This document shows positions 55,349 to 63,981 of a stretch of 64,000 nucleotides of DNA, in pieces. The notes under the pieces were generated by a model. The model saw only the letters and a list, made by a program, of their open reading frames with translations, ran no database searches and was not told the origin of the DNA. The DNA comes from a virus (taxonomy: Duplodnaviria; Heunggongvirae; Uroviricota; Caudoviricetes): the IMG/VR virus record IMGVR_UViG_3300031993_000014, positions 114,987 through 178,986 of that record. The stretch is one strand, 5' to 3'. The position numbers were made by a program, and so were the translations under genes. Positions within the stretch are counted from its first letter, which is position 1. Every line of letters begins with the position of its first letter.

Positions 55349-55739
55349 GGGCTATTCTTCTCCCTACGGACAAGGTGCATTCTATATTTCCAAACATGTA
55401 TCTAGTGAAATCCTCTTTCGTCATGTAGTATATATTAACGCCTTTGGCATCATCTTTACAAGAGAGCATGAAATAAGCTCCACTAGTAGTGAATCTCGAA
55501 AAGGTCTTTAAAAGGAAGCCCTCATGTCGGTAGTCTTTAATCCTTTCTCTGATGATGTAAGCGGTTATATCGCTCACCCCGTATATGTTAGGCGAAAACC
55601 CAAGGCATGTGAAGTCATTGAACCATGTGATTAAGCCACTAGCGATAGAATTAACACCGCTAGTATTGATCAATATGTGTCCTGCACCATTGTCTAGCCC
55701 CAGAGAGAGCATCGTGCTTATGCTATCGAGCAGCCGCAT
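55332..55739 (-). CDS. small-protein paralog family member; start uncertain
   Basis: The track ORF extends to 55820 and overlaps the upstream gene by ~100 nt; internal ATGs at 55739 or 55712 (MLSLGLDNG) are more plausible. C-terminal RYMFGNIECTLSVGRRIA. Confidence 0.5.
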   Translation of the reverse strand: MRLLDSISTMLSLGLDNGAGHILINTSGVNSIASGLITWFNDFTCLGFSPNIYGVSDITAYIIRERIKDYRHEGFLLKTFSRFTTSGAYFMLSCKDDAKGVNIYYMTKEDFTRYMFGNIECTLSVGRRIAHAASR

Positions 55740-56112
55740 TAAAGTTTCCCCGATGGTTTTGCCAAAGCCGTTCAATATAGCCGAAGACAAACTTGCAGTA
55801 TTCATAGCTTTCAATGCCATTCAGCAACTTGTGCCTAAAGAAATCTCTAGGAATCTTCCTGTTGCCGATCAAGTCTCTGTCGGCAGATACATAGAAAGAA
55901 TCACCGTCCCTTTCGAACATGAAGACTTCATCATAGTGTCTGCCGTCTAAAAGCAGCTCAGATGAGAAATATCCAGTGTGGTTATCGTCAAACCATTGCT
56001 GAACCCTCTCATCAGCAGCGGAGACCGTAGGCCCAATCTCTTCACCGCCAAGAGGGAATCCTGCTCCATTAGTCAATAATACTTTCCAACAAAATGTTTT
56101 AAATAAAGCCAT
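55723..56112 (-). CDS. small-protein paralog family member
   Basis: LLTNGAGFP...WFDDNHTGYFSS...FVFGYIERLWQNHRGN. Closest to the next gene. Confidence 0.65.
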   Translation of the reverse strand: MALFKTFCWKVLLTNGAGFPLGGEEIGPTVSAADERVQQWFDDNHTGYFSSELLLDGRHYDEVFMFERDGDSFYVSADRDLIGNRKIPRDFFRHKLLNGIESYEYCKFVFGYIERLWQNHRGNFNAAAR

Positions 56113-56476
56113 AAGTCGTTCTCCTGTGTTTATCTAAAAGGTATTCATCAAACGCGAATATGAGCCTTACAAAATCCGTTTCATCAATTCTGGAAAAGCT
56201 GGTGACACGATGAGCATCGTCCACTTCTCTGCCTAGACTGCCGTCGTCGATCTCCATGAAGAAATCGCACTTTTTGCTGTCATAGTACAATGACAAAACT
56301 GATCTTATACAAAGGTCAAACATCACAGCGGAAAAGTATCCTTGAGAGTCACTGTTAAACCAGTTCATCACAAAATCGAAGGCTCCGGTGGCTGTTTCAC
56401 CGACTTCTCCAGCGGTATACGGGAAACCGAATCCGCTTGTTAACAAAATCTTAAATGCTGTTTCAGGCTGCAACAT
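56099..56476 (-). CDS. small-protein paralog family member
   Basis: LLTSGFGFP...WFNSDSQGYFSA...IFAFDEYLLDKHRRTTYG. Clearly homologous to 55723..56112. Confidence 0.65.
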   Translation of the reverse strand: MLQPETAFKILLTSGFGFPYTAGEVGETATGAFDFVMNWFNSDSQGYFSAVMFDLCIRSVLSLYYDSKKCDFFMEIDDGSLGREVDDAHRVTSFSRIDETDFVRLIFAFDEYLLDKHRRTTYGFI

Positions 56477-56966
56477 TTGGTAACATCCCCAGCTTACGGC
56501 TGTATTTCAAAAGCTCCTCAACTTGTCCAAAGAGGATCTTAGAAAACTTATCCCGTTCTCTTACGTTGAAGTTCTCGCCATGATCTCCGAAAACAAAGTC
56601 ATCATCGAAACCAAAGTCCTCGTTACCACTGCTGTTAACAAGAACGCCATTTAGAATTTCGAATCGCGAATATGTAGAAACAGCATCGCCTACTTCGTAC
56701 TCTTCCGGTTCGTAGTAGTTTACGAGCGTCGAACTTGGGAAGCCATACAGACTTCCGCAAAGATCAACATTAGACTCATCCTCCATGATCCTATTCACGA
56801 CCGCTGAAGCACGATCCACAAATTTGTTAAGATCAACTTCATCACCACTGTCAACATACTCTAAGATGGTTTCATCATCAACATCGATACCGAGAACAGC
56901 GGAAGAGTAGTAAATATGGTCAAATATACCGTCGTTTGTCATTTTAACCTCCTGACAAGTAAACAT
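56463..56966 (-). CDS. small-protein paralog family member
   Basis: C-terminal KILFGQVEELLKYSRKLG. Confidence 0.6.
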   Translation of the reverse strand: MFTCQEVKMTNDGIFDHIYYSSAVLGIDVDDETILEYVDSGDEVDLNKFVDRASAVVNRIMEDESNVDLCGSLYGFPSSTLVNYYEPEEYEVGDAVSTYSRFEILNGVLVNSSGNEDFGFDDDFVFGDHGENFNVRERDKFSKILFGQVEELLKYSRKLGMLPNVAA

Positions 56967-57399
56967 CTTCTGGAAGAACTAATGGAACGATTTCCGGATC
57001 TCTCGCTGCATGAGCCCAGTGTATCTTCATATCTCCCATCTCTTGCTCCAATGCTCCAATCATGGTTGTGATAACCATGTTTAGGGTTTCATTGATACTT
57101 TTTTGGTCATTGATATTGTTGGCTACTATGCGCGGTTTGTAGTGTCTCACTCCGTCTACATAGATAAGCCTTCGTATAGAGATTACACAATCGTCTTCGC
57201 TCCTATACAAGTCCAAAGGATTTCCAAAGAGAAGCGTAACGTCATAGCTACAATGTCTGTTAACAGCTATATTATTACGGAAATTATTGGCGCATTGCCG
57301 AATGGGATGAGAGTCAGTTTCACATGCAAATGCTGCCATCGTCTTGGCTATAATATAGGCATGATGCATGACTGTTACAGCTATTTTAAAGCTCATCAT
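56944..57399 (-). CDS. small-protein paralog family member
   Basis: C-terminal TMIGALEQEMGDMK. Confidence 0.5.
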   Translation of the reverse strand: MMSFKIAVTVMHHAYIIAKTMAAFACETDSHPIRQCANNFRNNIAVNRHCSYDVTLLFGNPLDLYRSEDDCVISIRRLIYVDGVRHYKPRIVANNINDQKSINETLNMVITTMIGALEQEMGDMKIHWAHAARDPEIVPLVLPEDVYLSGG

Positions 57400-57796
57400 A
57401 AACCTCGATAATTTGGGGTGTGAGACCTCGTTTTCTGTACTCTAGGGCTACATCTTCTAATAGCCCTATGCACAGCTTGGCTAGATCTGTCTTTTTCATG
57501 ACAGTGATTCTACGTTCAACGTAGTCATCGTGTTCCGTACTGTGATTGAGCTTCATAAACTGGCCACATGCAACAAGGGCAGTATAAGTGCTGATCTTAT
57601 GATCATCAATCATGAAAGCATAGTAATCCATGAAGAATGGCTCTTCCGGAAGAACTACGAAGTTAATGCAGCGTGTACTTGCCAAGACTTCGAGTCTGAT
57701 GCTCTCTTCAGGGGCAGTAGTCATACCCATAGCAAAGAGAGCTTTACATGCCTCCAGCTTTCCTTTAAGATATTCAGTCATAATCCTCCTTTGCAT
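57386..57796 (-). CDS. small-protein paralog family member
   Basis: N-terminal ALFAMGMTT. C-terminal KLCIGLLEDVALEYRKRG. Confidence 0.55.
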   Translation of the reverse strand: MQRRIMTEYLKGKLEACKALFAMGMTTAPEESIRLEVLASTRCINFVVLPEEPFFMDYYAFMIDDHKISTYTALVACGQFMKLNHSTEHDDYVERRITVMKKTDLAKLCIGLLEDVALEYRKRGLTPQIIEVYDEL

Positions 57797-58189
57797 CTAA
57801 GATATAATATCCCAAAGAAAACCGTTCTTTCTGTCCAACTTTGCTATGCCTTCCATTAGCCCAATGATAAGCATCACTATCCTTCTCTTATCGAGATGCT
57901 CAAGCTGCTGATAGCGTATGTCCTGTGTTCCTTGTATAAAATTGTACATCTGATAAAGAACAGTGCCGTGGTCAAGCTGTGGCATACACGCTTTTGCCTC
58001 AATTTGCGTTGCTGTGCAAAAGGCAAGATTGGATACAGTTATTACTGTATTGTTAAAGATGTAGTCACGGTCTACGAAAAAGGTAAGATGACCGCTGCTT
58101 TTTAATCCCATAGACTGAGCAGCGCTCTCTATGTATTGATAATTCGCTACACAAAGAGCACCATTTCTCATAGCATCTTCGGTATTCAA
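57797..58189 (-). CDS. small-protein paralog family member
   Basis: C-terminal MLIIGLMEGIAKLDRKNG. Confidence 0.55.
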   Translation of the reverse strand: MNTEDAMRNGALCVANYQYIESAAQSMGLKSSGHLTFFVDRDYIFNNTVITVSNLAFCTATQIEAKACMPQLDHGTVLYQMYNFIQGTQDIRYQQLEHLDKRRIVMLIIGLMEGIAKLDRKNGFLWDIIS

Positions 58190-58629
58190 AACGGTATATC
58201 CCCCTCTGGAATATTCCCATTCCAGTTAATGTCTTTTAGGCGGTCTATCTCAGCTAATCTTTCCATGAAGCCAAACAGTCGCTTGCTTATTTTCTCTATC
58301 GTAAGTTCAGAGTAATGAGCATTGAGAAAGTCGCCTTGGCCCTTTTCCAGATGAAAAAGCAGACTCGGGTATCTTTCATCAATGTTATCTGCAAAGTCAG
58401 TATACGAATTGAGGTATGGGCCACTTATAAGAAACGCAGGATTCCTCAGTTCCAGATATCCCCTAGTAGGCAAAAAGGGAATGATTTGTCCCATTACGTT
58501 AGTAAGACCCATAGACTCGCATAGACGAATACAGACTCTAGACATATCTTCGGCGTCACAGAAATCAGTCTCCTCTGCGAGTGGCTCATGCACATATTCG
58601 TACTGCGTTAAGTATGTGGTGAAATCCAT
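58186..58629 (-). CDS. small-protein paralog family member
   Basis: C-terminal KRLFGFMERLAEIDRLK. Confidence 0.6.
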   Translation of the reverse strand: MDFTTYLTQYEYVHEPLAEETDFCDAEDMSRVCIRLCESMGLTNVMGQIIPFLPTRGYLELRNPAFLISGPYLNSYTDFADNIDERYPSLLFHLEKGQGDFLNAHYSELTIEKISKRLFGFMERLAEIDRLKDINWNGNIPEGDIPF

Positions 58630-59024
58630 AGGTTCCTGTCTATCTTGTTGAATTCGTGTTTAAAGACTTCTTCTAACGCGCCAAAGGCTGTAGCTAGAAG
58701 TTCGCTCGGTTCTACGGATTCCATTTCGAAGCAGTCATAGTCGTCGATTTGAGATGCTGTTTCATACCTAGGTCTATACAAGCCGAGACGTACCTCTGGC
58801 TGTGTCGTTTCTACTTTCTTGAAGTTTAGTTCTGTAAAAGACCAGAGATAGTCCTGATCCTCTATGAAGACAATATCACCGGGAAAGGTAGTATTGAGCT
58901 GTATGCCGTATGATATCGCCACCTCAGAATATTCGTCTTCGTCTCTGTTAAAGGTTCTCTCGTCAAAGAGAAGTGATTTAACGGTTGAATCAAAATTGTA
59001 AAATTCCATCAGAGAATTCTCCAT
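58608..59024 (-). CDS. small-protein paralog family member
   Basis: C-terminal LLATAFGALEEVFKHEF. Confidence 0.55.
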   Translation of the reverse strand: MENSLMEFYNFDSTVKSLLFDERTFNRDEDEYSEVAISYGIQLNTTFPGDIVFIEDQDYLWSFTELNFKKVETTQPEVRLGLYRPRYETASQIDDYDCFEMESVEPSELLATAFGALEEVFKHEFNKIDRNLWISPHT

Positions 59025-59371
59025 TGTGAGCGTATGTTTCTCACGGTTTCCATCATGCCATATACATACCAGAGCATATCGTCAATGTTATCTGGAACGC
59101 AATAGTCCGGTATCTTCAATCCAAACACAGATCTCCATATGGAATTGGTTTGAAGAATGAACGAGTCATCAGACCAATCGGTAAATGTAAAGTCAAAGAA
59201 GCTTCCATCATTGAGAGTATTGGGGTCTTCGCCACTAGCGCGAAGACCGCTTTCATCGTCTCCGAAGAATGTAAGATCGCTCCAACTATCGTCGTCATAT
59301 CCAATACTTCTTAGGAAGGCATAGCAAACGCCCCTTTCATTTCTAGTCATTACTCCTCCAGTTAGTTGCAA
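59009..59371 (-). CDS. small-protein paralog family member
   Basis: N-terminal FLRSIGYDDD. C-terminal WYVYGMMETVRNIR. Confidence 0.55.
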   Translation of the reverse strand: MQLTGGVMTRNERGVCYAFLRSIGYDDDSWSDLTFFGDDESGLRASGEDPNTLNDGSFFDFTFTDWSDDSFILQTNSIWRSVFGLKIPDYCVPDNIDDMLWYVYGMMETVRNIRSQWRIL

Positions 59372-59669
59372 CAGCTTTCACAACTTCTGCAATACCAAAC
59401 AGGTATGCTATTAAAACATCATTACTAATGGCGCAGCAGAAAGCTTGAGCTGTCCTTTTATCTCTTATAACATGCGAACTTGTAACAATGCGCAAACCAC
59501 CCAAGCCGTCAGACAGGCCGAAGTCTTCATTTATCACGTCACGACGCTCGTCCATAAAGAACATATAGTCGTCTGTGATGCCATTATCTTCAAATCCCAT
59601 TATCTTTAGTATTTCATACGGTCTGAAGTCAGTTGACTTCTCTTGTACGGACTCTCTGCTAAAACTCAT
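59343..59669 (-). CDS. small-protein paralog family member; start uncertain
   Basis: The track ORF to 59768 overlaps the upstream gene by 100 nt; an internal ATG (MSFSRESV...) is chosen. KIMGFEDNG...AYLFGIAEVVKAV. Confidence 0.5.
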   Translation of the reverse strand: MSFSRESVQEKSTDFRPYEILKIMGFEDNGITDDYMFFMDERRDVINEDFGLSDGLGGLRIVTSSHVIRDKRTAQAFCCAISNDVLIAYLFGIAEVVKAVATNWRSND

Positions 59670-60025
59670 TCTACCCTCACGGGAAGATAAACTCCACCAA
59701 AAGTCCTTAACAACTCGAAGTATCTTTTCAGTCTCTTTTCGAGAATTCCGAACATAGCCGGTGTACATTCTTCTATACGCTTCTTTCGTATAATGCTTCT
59801 CGGAGAGTCATCTACACAAGTATACTTCTCCGGAAGAACATTGACGTTGTAATAGAAGTGCATTGTCTTGCAGTATATATCCATGCCAACATTAAGTCGT
59901 AATTCTGCATTAAACTCGTCACGAAGACTTCCAAATGCAGCGAACGAGTTATCAAATCTGACTAGTTCAAAGCCAAGTGACAACAAGGCTCTGAACCCAA
60001 ATTTTTCTGCGTCGCTTCCTGTCAA
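59666..60025 (-). CDS. small-protein paralog family member
   Basis: N-terminal LLSLGFELV. C-terminal AMFGILEKRLKRYFELLRTFGG. Confidence 0.6.
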   Translation of the reverse strand: MTGSDAEKFGFRALLSLGFELVRFDNSFAAFGSLRDEFNAELRLNVGMDIYCKTMHFYYNVNVLPEKYTCVDDSPRSIIRKKRIEECTPAMFGILEKRLKRYFELLRTFGGVYLPVRVE

Positions 60026-60357
60026 GGATTCCTCCTTATTCGTTCTTCCTGTCTCTTTTCTATCACTCCATAGATAGCAATAGCCAGAGATCGGAGTTCT
60101 TCCGTTCCTTTTATCTTGTAATACGGCTTATACTTTTCTTGTTTTCCAAATTCTTCATTGAGCCATACAGTATGCTTAAATAAATCTTTGCTAATGCCAG
60201 TAAAGTAATAATTAAATTCATACATGCCGTCTACTGGCGGACGAAACTGTAACGCATCACCCGCAAAGAGAAGGCCACTACCTGCTACTGGCACAAAACC
60301 CATAGCCGCAAAGATCTTTATTATGTCTGCTGGCCCATGAGCGCTCATTATAATCAT
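60022..60357 (-). CDS. small-protein paralog family member
   Basis: N-terminal IFAAMGFVPV. C-terminal IAIYGVIEKRQEERI. Confidence 0.55.
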   Translation of the reverse strand: MIIMSAHGPADIIKIFAAMGFVPVAGSGLLFAGDALQFRPPVDGMYEFNYYFTGISKDLFKHTVWLNEEFGKQEKYKPYYKIKGTEELRSLAIAIYGVIEKRQEERIRRNP

Positions 60358-60665
60358 AGGTCTCTCCTGAACGGCTTGTTCATTCGCACTTCGAGCAAGC
60401 TGAAGAAGATAAAGACTATCTCTTCTTCATTAGTTCCTACGAACTGTGTTACGTTGCCATGAAGCTTAAAGGCTTCCTTAGCGCCTTCGCCAAAATCCGG
60501 TCTATACTTTCCGGACTGATTGCTGAATATAAACTCCACTAGACGGTCACTGGAGTATTCTTCAAGCACTTTCAAGCGAAGATCATCGTTTCCTGGTGTC
60601 ATAGCTGTCATGTATCCCATCGAGTGGAACATAGAAACAAAGTCAGCTCCATTTATTCGTCCCAT
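60354..60665 (-). CDS. small-protein paralog family member
   Basis: N-terminal MFHSMGYMTA. C-terminal FIFFSLLEVRMNKPF. Confidence 0.5.
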   Translation of the reverse strand: MGRINGADFVSMFHSMGYMTAMTPGNDDLRLKVLEEYSSDRLVEFIFSNQSGKYRPDFGEGAKEAFKLHGNVTQFVGTNEEEIVFIFFSLLEVRMNKPFRRDL

Positions 60666-60970
60666 TTCTTACTCCAGTCATAGCCCATATAGTATTGTGT
60701 AGCACTTATCTTTTCCAGATGACCAAAAACAATCTTCAGAAAATCCTCTTTTAATATAAAAGAATCTGTGTCGATGTCATGATCACCTCTTCTAAAAGTA
60801 AATGTGCCGGGTGAACATAAGGCAACTTGTGTACATGATGTTATACGTATACTATTTGTATATGCGAAGTGAAAGTTTATTCTTGGTATAATAAGCGGCG
60901 TGTTTATGAAGGCAGCGTCGGCTCCAACTTCATAGCCGAGAGATTTAAGCGTCCATCGATAAAAGAGCAT
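60653..60970 (-). CDS. small-protein paralog family member
   Basis: N-terminal TLKSLGYEVG. C-terminal KIVFGHLEKISATQYYMG. Confidence 0.55.
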   Translation of the reverse strand: MLFYRWTLKSLGYEVGADAAFINTPLIIPRINFHFAYTNSIRITSCTQVALCSPGTFTFRRGDHDIDTDSFILKEDFLKIVFGHLEKISATQYYMGYDWSKKWDE

Positions 60971-61286
60971 AAGAGTCCTTCTCTATTAGAATTTGTACGG
61001 CACGTTCCATAGTGCCAAATAAATTCGCAACAAAATTCTCTCTAGGATCATATGAATACAGCTCTCGTTTGAGTTCGCCATTGTACCTATAGAGCATTCC
61101 TACATCATTATCAGAAAAGTCGAACCTCATTTCCACACTTCCAAATTCAAACTTAAATAGGAAGAAGTATCTTTTGAAAGCCGAGGTCAGACCAAAAGAA
61201 GCTGCGCAAAGAGCTATGCCCTCGGCGGACATTAGCTCTACTCCACGCCTCTCTCTGTCTGGTCTTAAGTTAGGCATAAACGTCAT
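60945..61286 (-). CDS. small-protein paralog family member
   Basis: N-terminal CAASFGLTS. C-terminal ANLFGTMERAVQILIEKD. Confidence 0.55.
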   Translation of the reverse strand: MTFMPNLRPDRERRGVELMSAEGIALCAASFGLTSAFKRYFFLFKFEFGSVEMRFDFSDNDVGMLYRYNGELKRELYSYDPRENFVANLFGTMERAVQILIEKDSYALLSMDA

Positions 61287-61633
61287 ATAATATAATCCTT
61301 TTTGTACTTATAAGCTGTTTCTAAACATCCGATAGCCAAAGTCGAGAAGTCGCACTGTACAAACCCTCCGATCGGATAGGACGAGTGCGCATAGTCACCG
61401 CACTTTGGTTTACAACCATATCTTCCATAAACATGAATCCTATACAACGGATACGGATTTCTTCCCGTTGTGTTAAGCCTGATTAGAGTATCACCAAGAC
61501 TCCTTCTAAAGTCTAAACTGTATGTTCTACAGCTGTAATCGCCTTGTCTTGTGTTGACGAAACACAAAGAATCCAAAACCTTGGCTGCTTCGGTTATAGT
61601 TATCAAAGGTGAGTATCTTGATTCTTCTGCCAT
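61283..61633 (-). CDS. small-protein paralog family member (promoter-proximal end of array)
   Basis: C-terminal LAIGCLETAYKYKKDYII. Confidence 0.5.
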   Translation of the reverse strand: MAEESRYSPLITITEAAKVLDSLCFVNTRQGDYSCRTYSLDFRRSLGDTLIRLNTTGRNPYPLYRIHVYGRYGCKPKCGDYAHSSYPIGGFVQCDFSTLAIGCLETAYKYKKDYII

Positions 61634-61707
61634 ACATTTCTCCTTGTATACTCTTTATTATATACTATGAAAAAATAAAGCTCATGGACGAATCCATGAG
61701 CAATTCT

Positions 61708-62136
61708 TTAGTCGTAGCGTCCTGCGCTAATGAGACGACTTCCTAGCTGTGCTATCTTTGAAACATATTCCTGATATTCTTTTGCACCGCCGCTGAAGTT
61801 ATACCTGTCTATTCTTACTTCAATGGAGTCATAGAAAGAGATAAGGAGATATAGATCATGCGCATACTGGGTGATAGTTATACGACCAATGTCATCATCT
61901 TCCTTCTGGTAATTGATGCATAAGGTTGTAGGCATTTCCTTACTGAAATTGGCATGAAGGAAATACGTATTATTGAAGATATTAGGTTTTCCGAAGAAAT
62001 CCATCAGGTCTTCTATCTTGAGACTTTTTAAGTAGTCTTCATTCTTCATTGTCATCTTCAATGCTTCTTCGTATCTAGCATGACTACAGTCTTTGTTAAA
62101 TTCGTCAAGTCCAGTTAGGGTTTCCTCTAAGAGCAT
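61708..62136 (-). CDS. hypothetical protein, 142 aa
   Basis: ORF. The family motif is not evident. Confidence 0.5.
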   Translation of the reverse strand: MLLEETLTGLDEFNKDCSHARYEEALKMTMKNEDYLKSLKIEDLMDFFGKPNIFNNTYFLHANFSKEMPTTLCINYQKEDDDIGRITITQYAHDLYLLISFYDSIEVRIDRYNFSGGAKEYQEYVSKIAQLGSRLISAGRYD

Positions 62137-62185
62137 TTTTCTCCTTTTTATTTTTTATTTTTAATAATACTTCAGAAAAAAGTCG

Positions 62186-62545
62186 TTAGAGCCATATAAG
62201 AATGGTTCGATCTCGTAGTTCTACATTATTGAATGGAAATTTCATTTCTTTTGTAAAAATGCGCATTATAGAATTTAAGAAATTACTTGTGTCTGTATAA
62301 TCCTTAAAGGACGTTCCTAGCAAGATATGAATCTCCGTTCTTAAGGGAGATTTGGAAAACTCGTATAAGAACTTGTGGAACATTAATTGAACACAGCCGT
62401 TAGCTTGTATGACTTCGCAAGCTTTATTCAAGTATCTTTTCTTAAATTCTTCTATAGTCGTAACAGCGTCTTTGTTATGAATAAGCGTCAACTGTTCGAA
62501 TGTCATCATTTGTCTTTTCTCCGTTTGGATTTGAATTGAAGCCAC
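62186..62545 (-). CDS. hypothetical protein, 119 aa
   Basis: ORF. Confidence 0.5.
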   Translation of the reverse strand: MASIQIQTEKRQMMTFEQLTLIHNKDAVTTIEEFKKRYLNKACEVIQANGCVQLMFHKFLYEFSKSPLRTEIHILLGTSFKDYTDTSNFLNSIMRIFTKEMKFPFNNVELRDRTILIWL

Positions 62546-62769
62546 ATTATCAGATCATGGAACTCGTCTGTAACATAGACAAGAGACCATGCGTCTTTCT
62601 TCTTCTTAGGTTCATATACCATCCAACCGTGATAAATATTAAAAGTCACAGACCATCCATGCCACCATCCAACGATCATGGCAGTAATGATGGAGAAAAG
62701 TGCGGAAAACGAGAAGACCGCTACAAGAGTTAGGGCTACCGCTACTATAAACAAGAATACGTCTAGCAT
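62506..62769 (-). CDS. small membrane protein, 87 aa
   Basis: Two hydrophobic helices (FLFIVAVALTLVAVFSF, IITAMIVGWWHGW) and a basic C-terminus. Confidence 0.5.
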   Translation of the reverse strand: MLDVFLFIVAVALTLVAVFSFSALFSIITAMIVGWWHGWSVTFNIYHGWMVYEPKKKKDAWSLVYVTDEFHDLIMWLQFKSKRRKDK

Positions 62770-62779
62770 AAAACCTCTA

Positions 62780-62818
62780 CAATAAAAAGAGGCGGGAATT
62801 GCTTCCCACCCCCTCTCT
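62780..62818 (-). terminator. terminator with cUUGCg-loop bipartite hairpin
   Basis: agagg-c-gggaa-ttgc-ttccc-acc-cctct, followed by TTTTTATTG on the minus strand. Downstream of the PspA-like gene. Confidence 0.55.
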
Positions 62819-62834
62819 TCTTATGGCAACAATA

Positions 62835-63479
62835 TTATGCCTCGTCGCGGAACTTAGCGAATTCGTCATCGATGGAAGCATCCTTTGTTTCAACTTCATC
62901 GATATCGTCTTCGCGAAGAATTTCCTGAACGTGTTGTTTAGCCTTAACGCTATGTTCATATCCGGCGATTTCTTCTTCAATAGCCTTGAGCGTAGCATTG
63001 TCAGACGGGCTGATGAGCTGTTCAAGAGTCTTATTAGCCTTGAGGTTATCAATGATGAACTTGAGCTGTTCTGTACGGCTTTCGAGGCTGTTCTTCTTTT
63101 CATTCATGATACGAAGATTGCGCTCGGCTTCGGTCTTGAATCCAAGAGCTGTATTATACTGTTCTTCGTATGTCTTGACCTGGCTTTCCCAGTCTTTGTA
63201 CTTCTTGAAGAACTTCTTGGACTTGTCTTCATCTTCCTTCAAGAGAGCCTTAGCCTTTTCCTTGTACATGTCGCGATTCTTCTTTGCGTCTTTGAGCTTT
63301 TCATCAACTTCATCGAAATTAGCGAAGATTCTTTCAGAATCCTTCTTATACTTGTCGAACTGGTTCTGATATTCTTGCTTGGAATACTTGAGACGCTTTT
63401 CCAAGTCGATCGTTTCTTCAAGTTTGGAAGAGAAGTGGAACACGTTAATCTTTATCCATTTGATGATTGCTTTAAGCAT
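62835..63479 (-). CDS. PspA/IM30/Vipp1-like coiled-coil protein, 214 aa
   Basis: Length and all-helical K/E-rich composition fit the family. The N-terminus IIKWIKINVFHFSSKLEE resembles PspA's IFSRFADIVNANINALLEK, and the C-terminal SIDDEFAKFRDEA resembles SLDDQFAELKADDA. The plus-strand 240-aa ORF over the same region is judged antisense. Confidence 0.6.
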   Translation of the reverse strand: MLKAIIKWIKINVFHFSSKLEETIDLEKRLKYSKQEYQNQFDKYKKDSERIFANFDEVDEKLKDAKKNRDMYKEKAKALLKEDEDKSKKFFKKYKDWESQVKTYEEQYNTALGFKTEAERNLRIMNEKKNSLESRTEQLKFIIDNLKANKTLEQLISPSDNATLKAIEEEIAGYEHSVKAKQHVQEILREDDIDEVETKDASIDDEFAKFRDEA

Positions 63480-63483
63480 TTTA

Positions 63484-63981
63484 TTATTTCTCCTGTGAGT
63501 GTTTGGTTAAGATACTGCTAATTTCGTTAACAGTGTTTGGTTGAACAATTGCGTAGAAAGCGACGCTTTCACGCGGTTTATTGAGGAAAGTGTTGAGCTC
63601 ATCCTTGCAGATGACTTGTCCATTTTCCTTAATAAGAGTGAAGTCTGAAGTGTTAAGGAAGAATCCATCGATATGGCATTCTCTAATGTTGAGTCTTGCA
63701 AAGACGATTTCGTTTATGCCTTTTGAGACATCGTCAAAGAGAATGGTATGGATTTTCGTTCCTGCCTTCAGATGAACAATATAGGGCCTGTAGCTTATAG
63801 GATTATGACCTTCGTAAACTTCTTCAAAGAGATAAATGGCAATCATCTTATCCATTATCGCTTTGTGAAGTCTTGTGATCTTGTCATCACAATCGTAGGT
63901 TTCCTTTGCAGCTTGAACCCTATATCTGAATTTCAGCTTGGCTAATGCGCATGACAAGGCTAATGCCATTATTAACATCAC
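63484..63981 (-). CDS. hypothetical protein with N-terminal signal/TM segment, 165 aa
   Basis: MMLIMALALSCALAKL N-terminus. 4 nt upstream of the PspA-like gene, so likely co-transcribed. Confidence 0.55.
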   Translation of the reverse strand: MMLIMALALSCALAKLKFRYRVQAAKETYDCDDKITRLHKAIMDKMIAIYLFEEVYEGHNPISYRPYIVHLKAGTKIHTILFDDVSKGINEIVFARLNIRECHIDGFFLNTSDFTLIKENGQVICKDELNTFLNKPRESVAFYAIVQPNTVNEISSILTKHSQEK

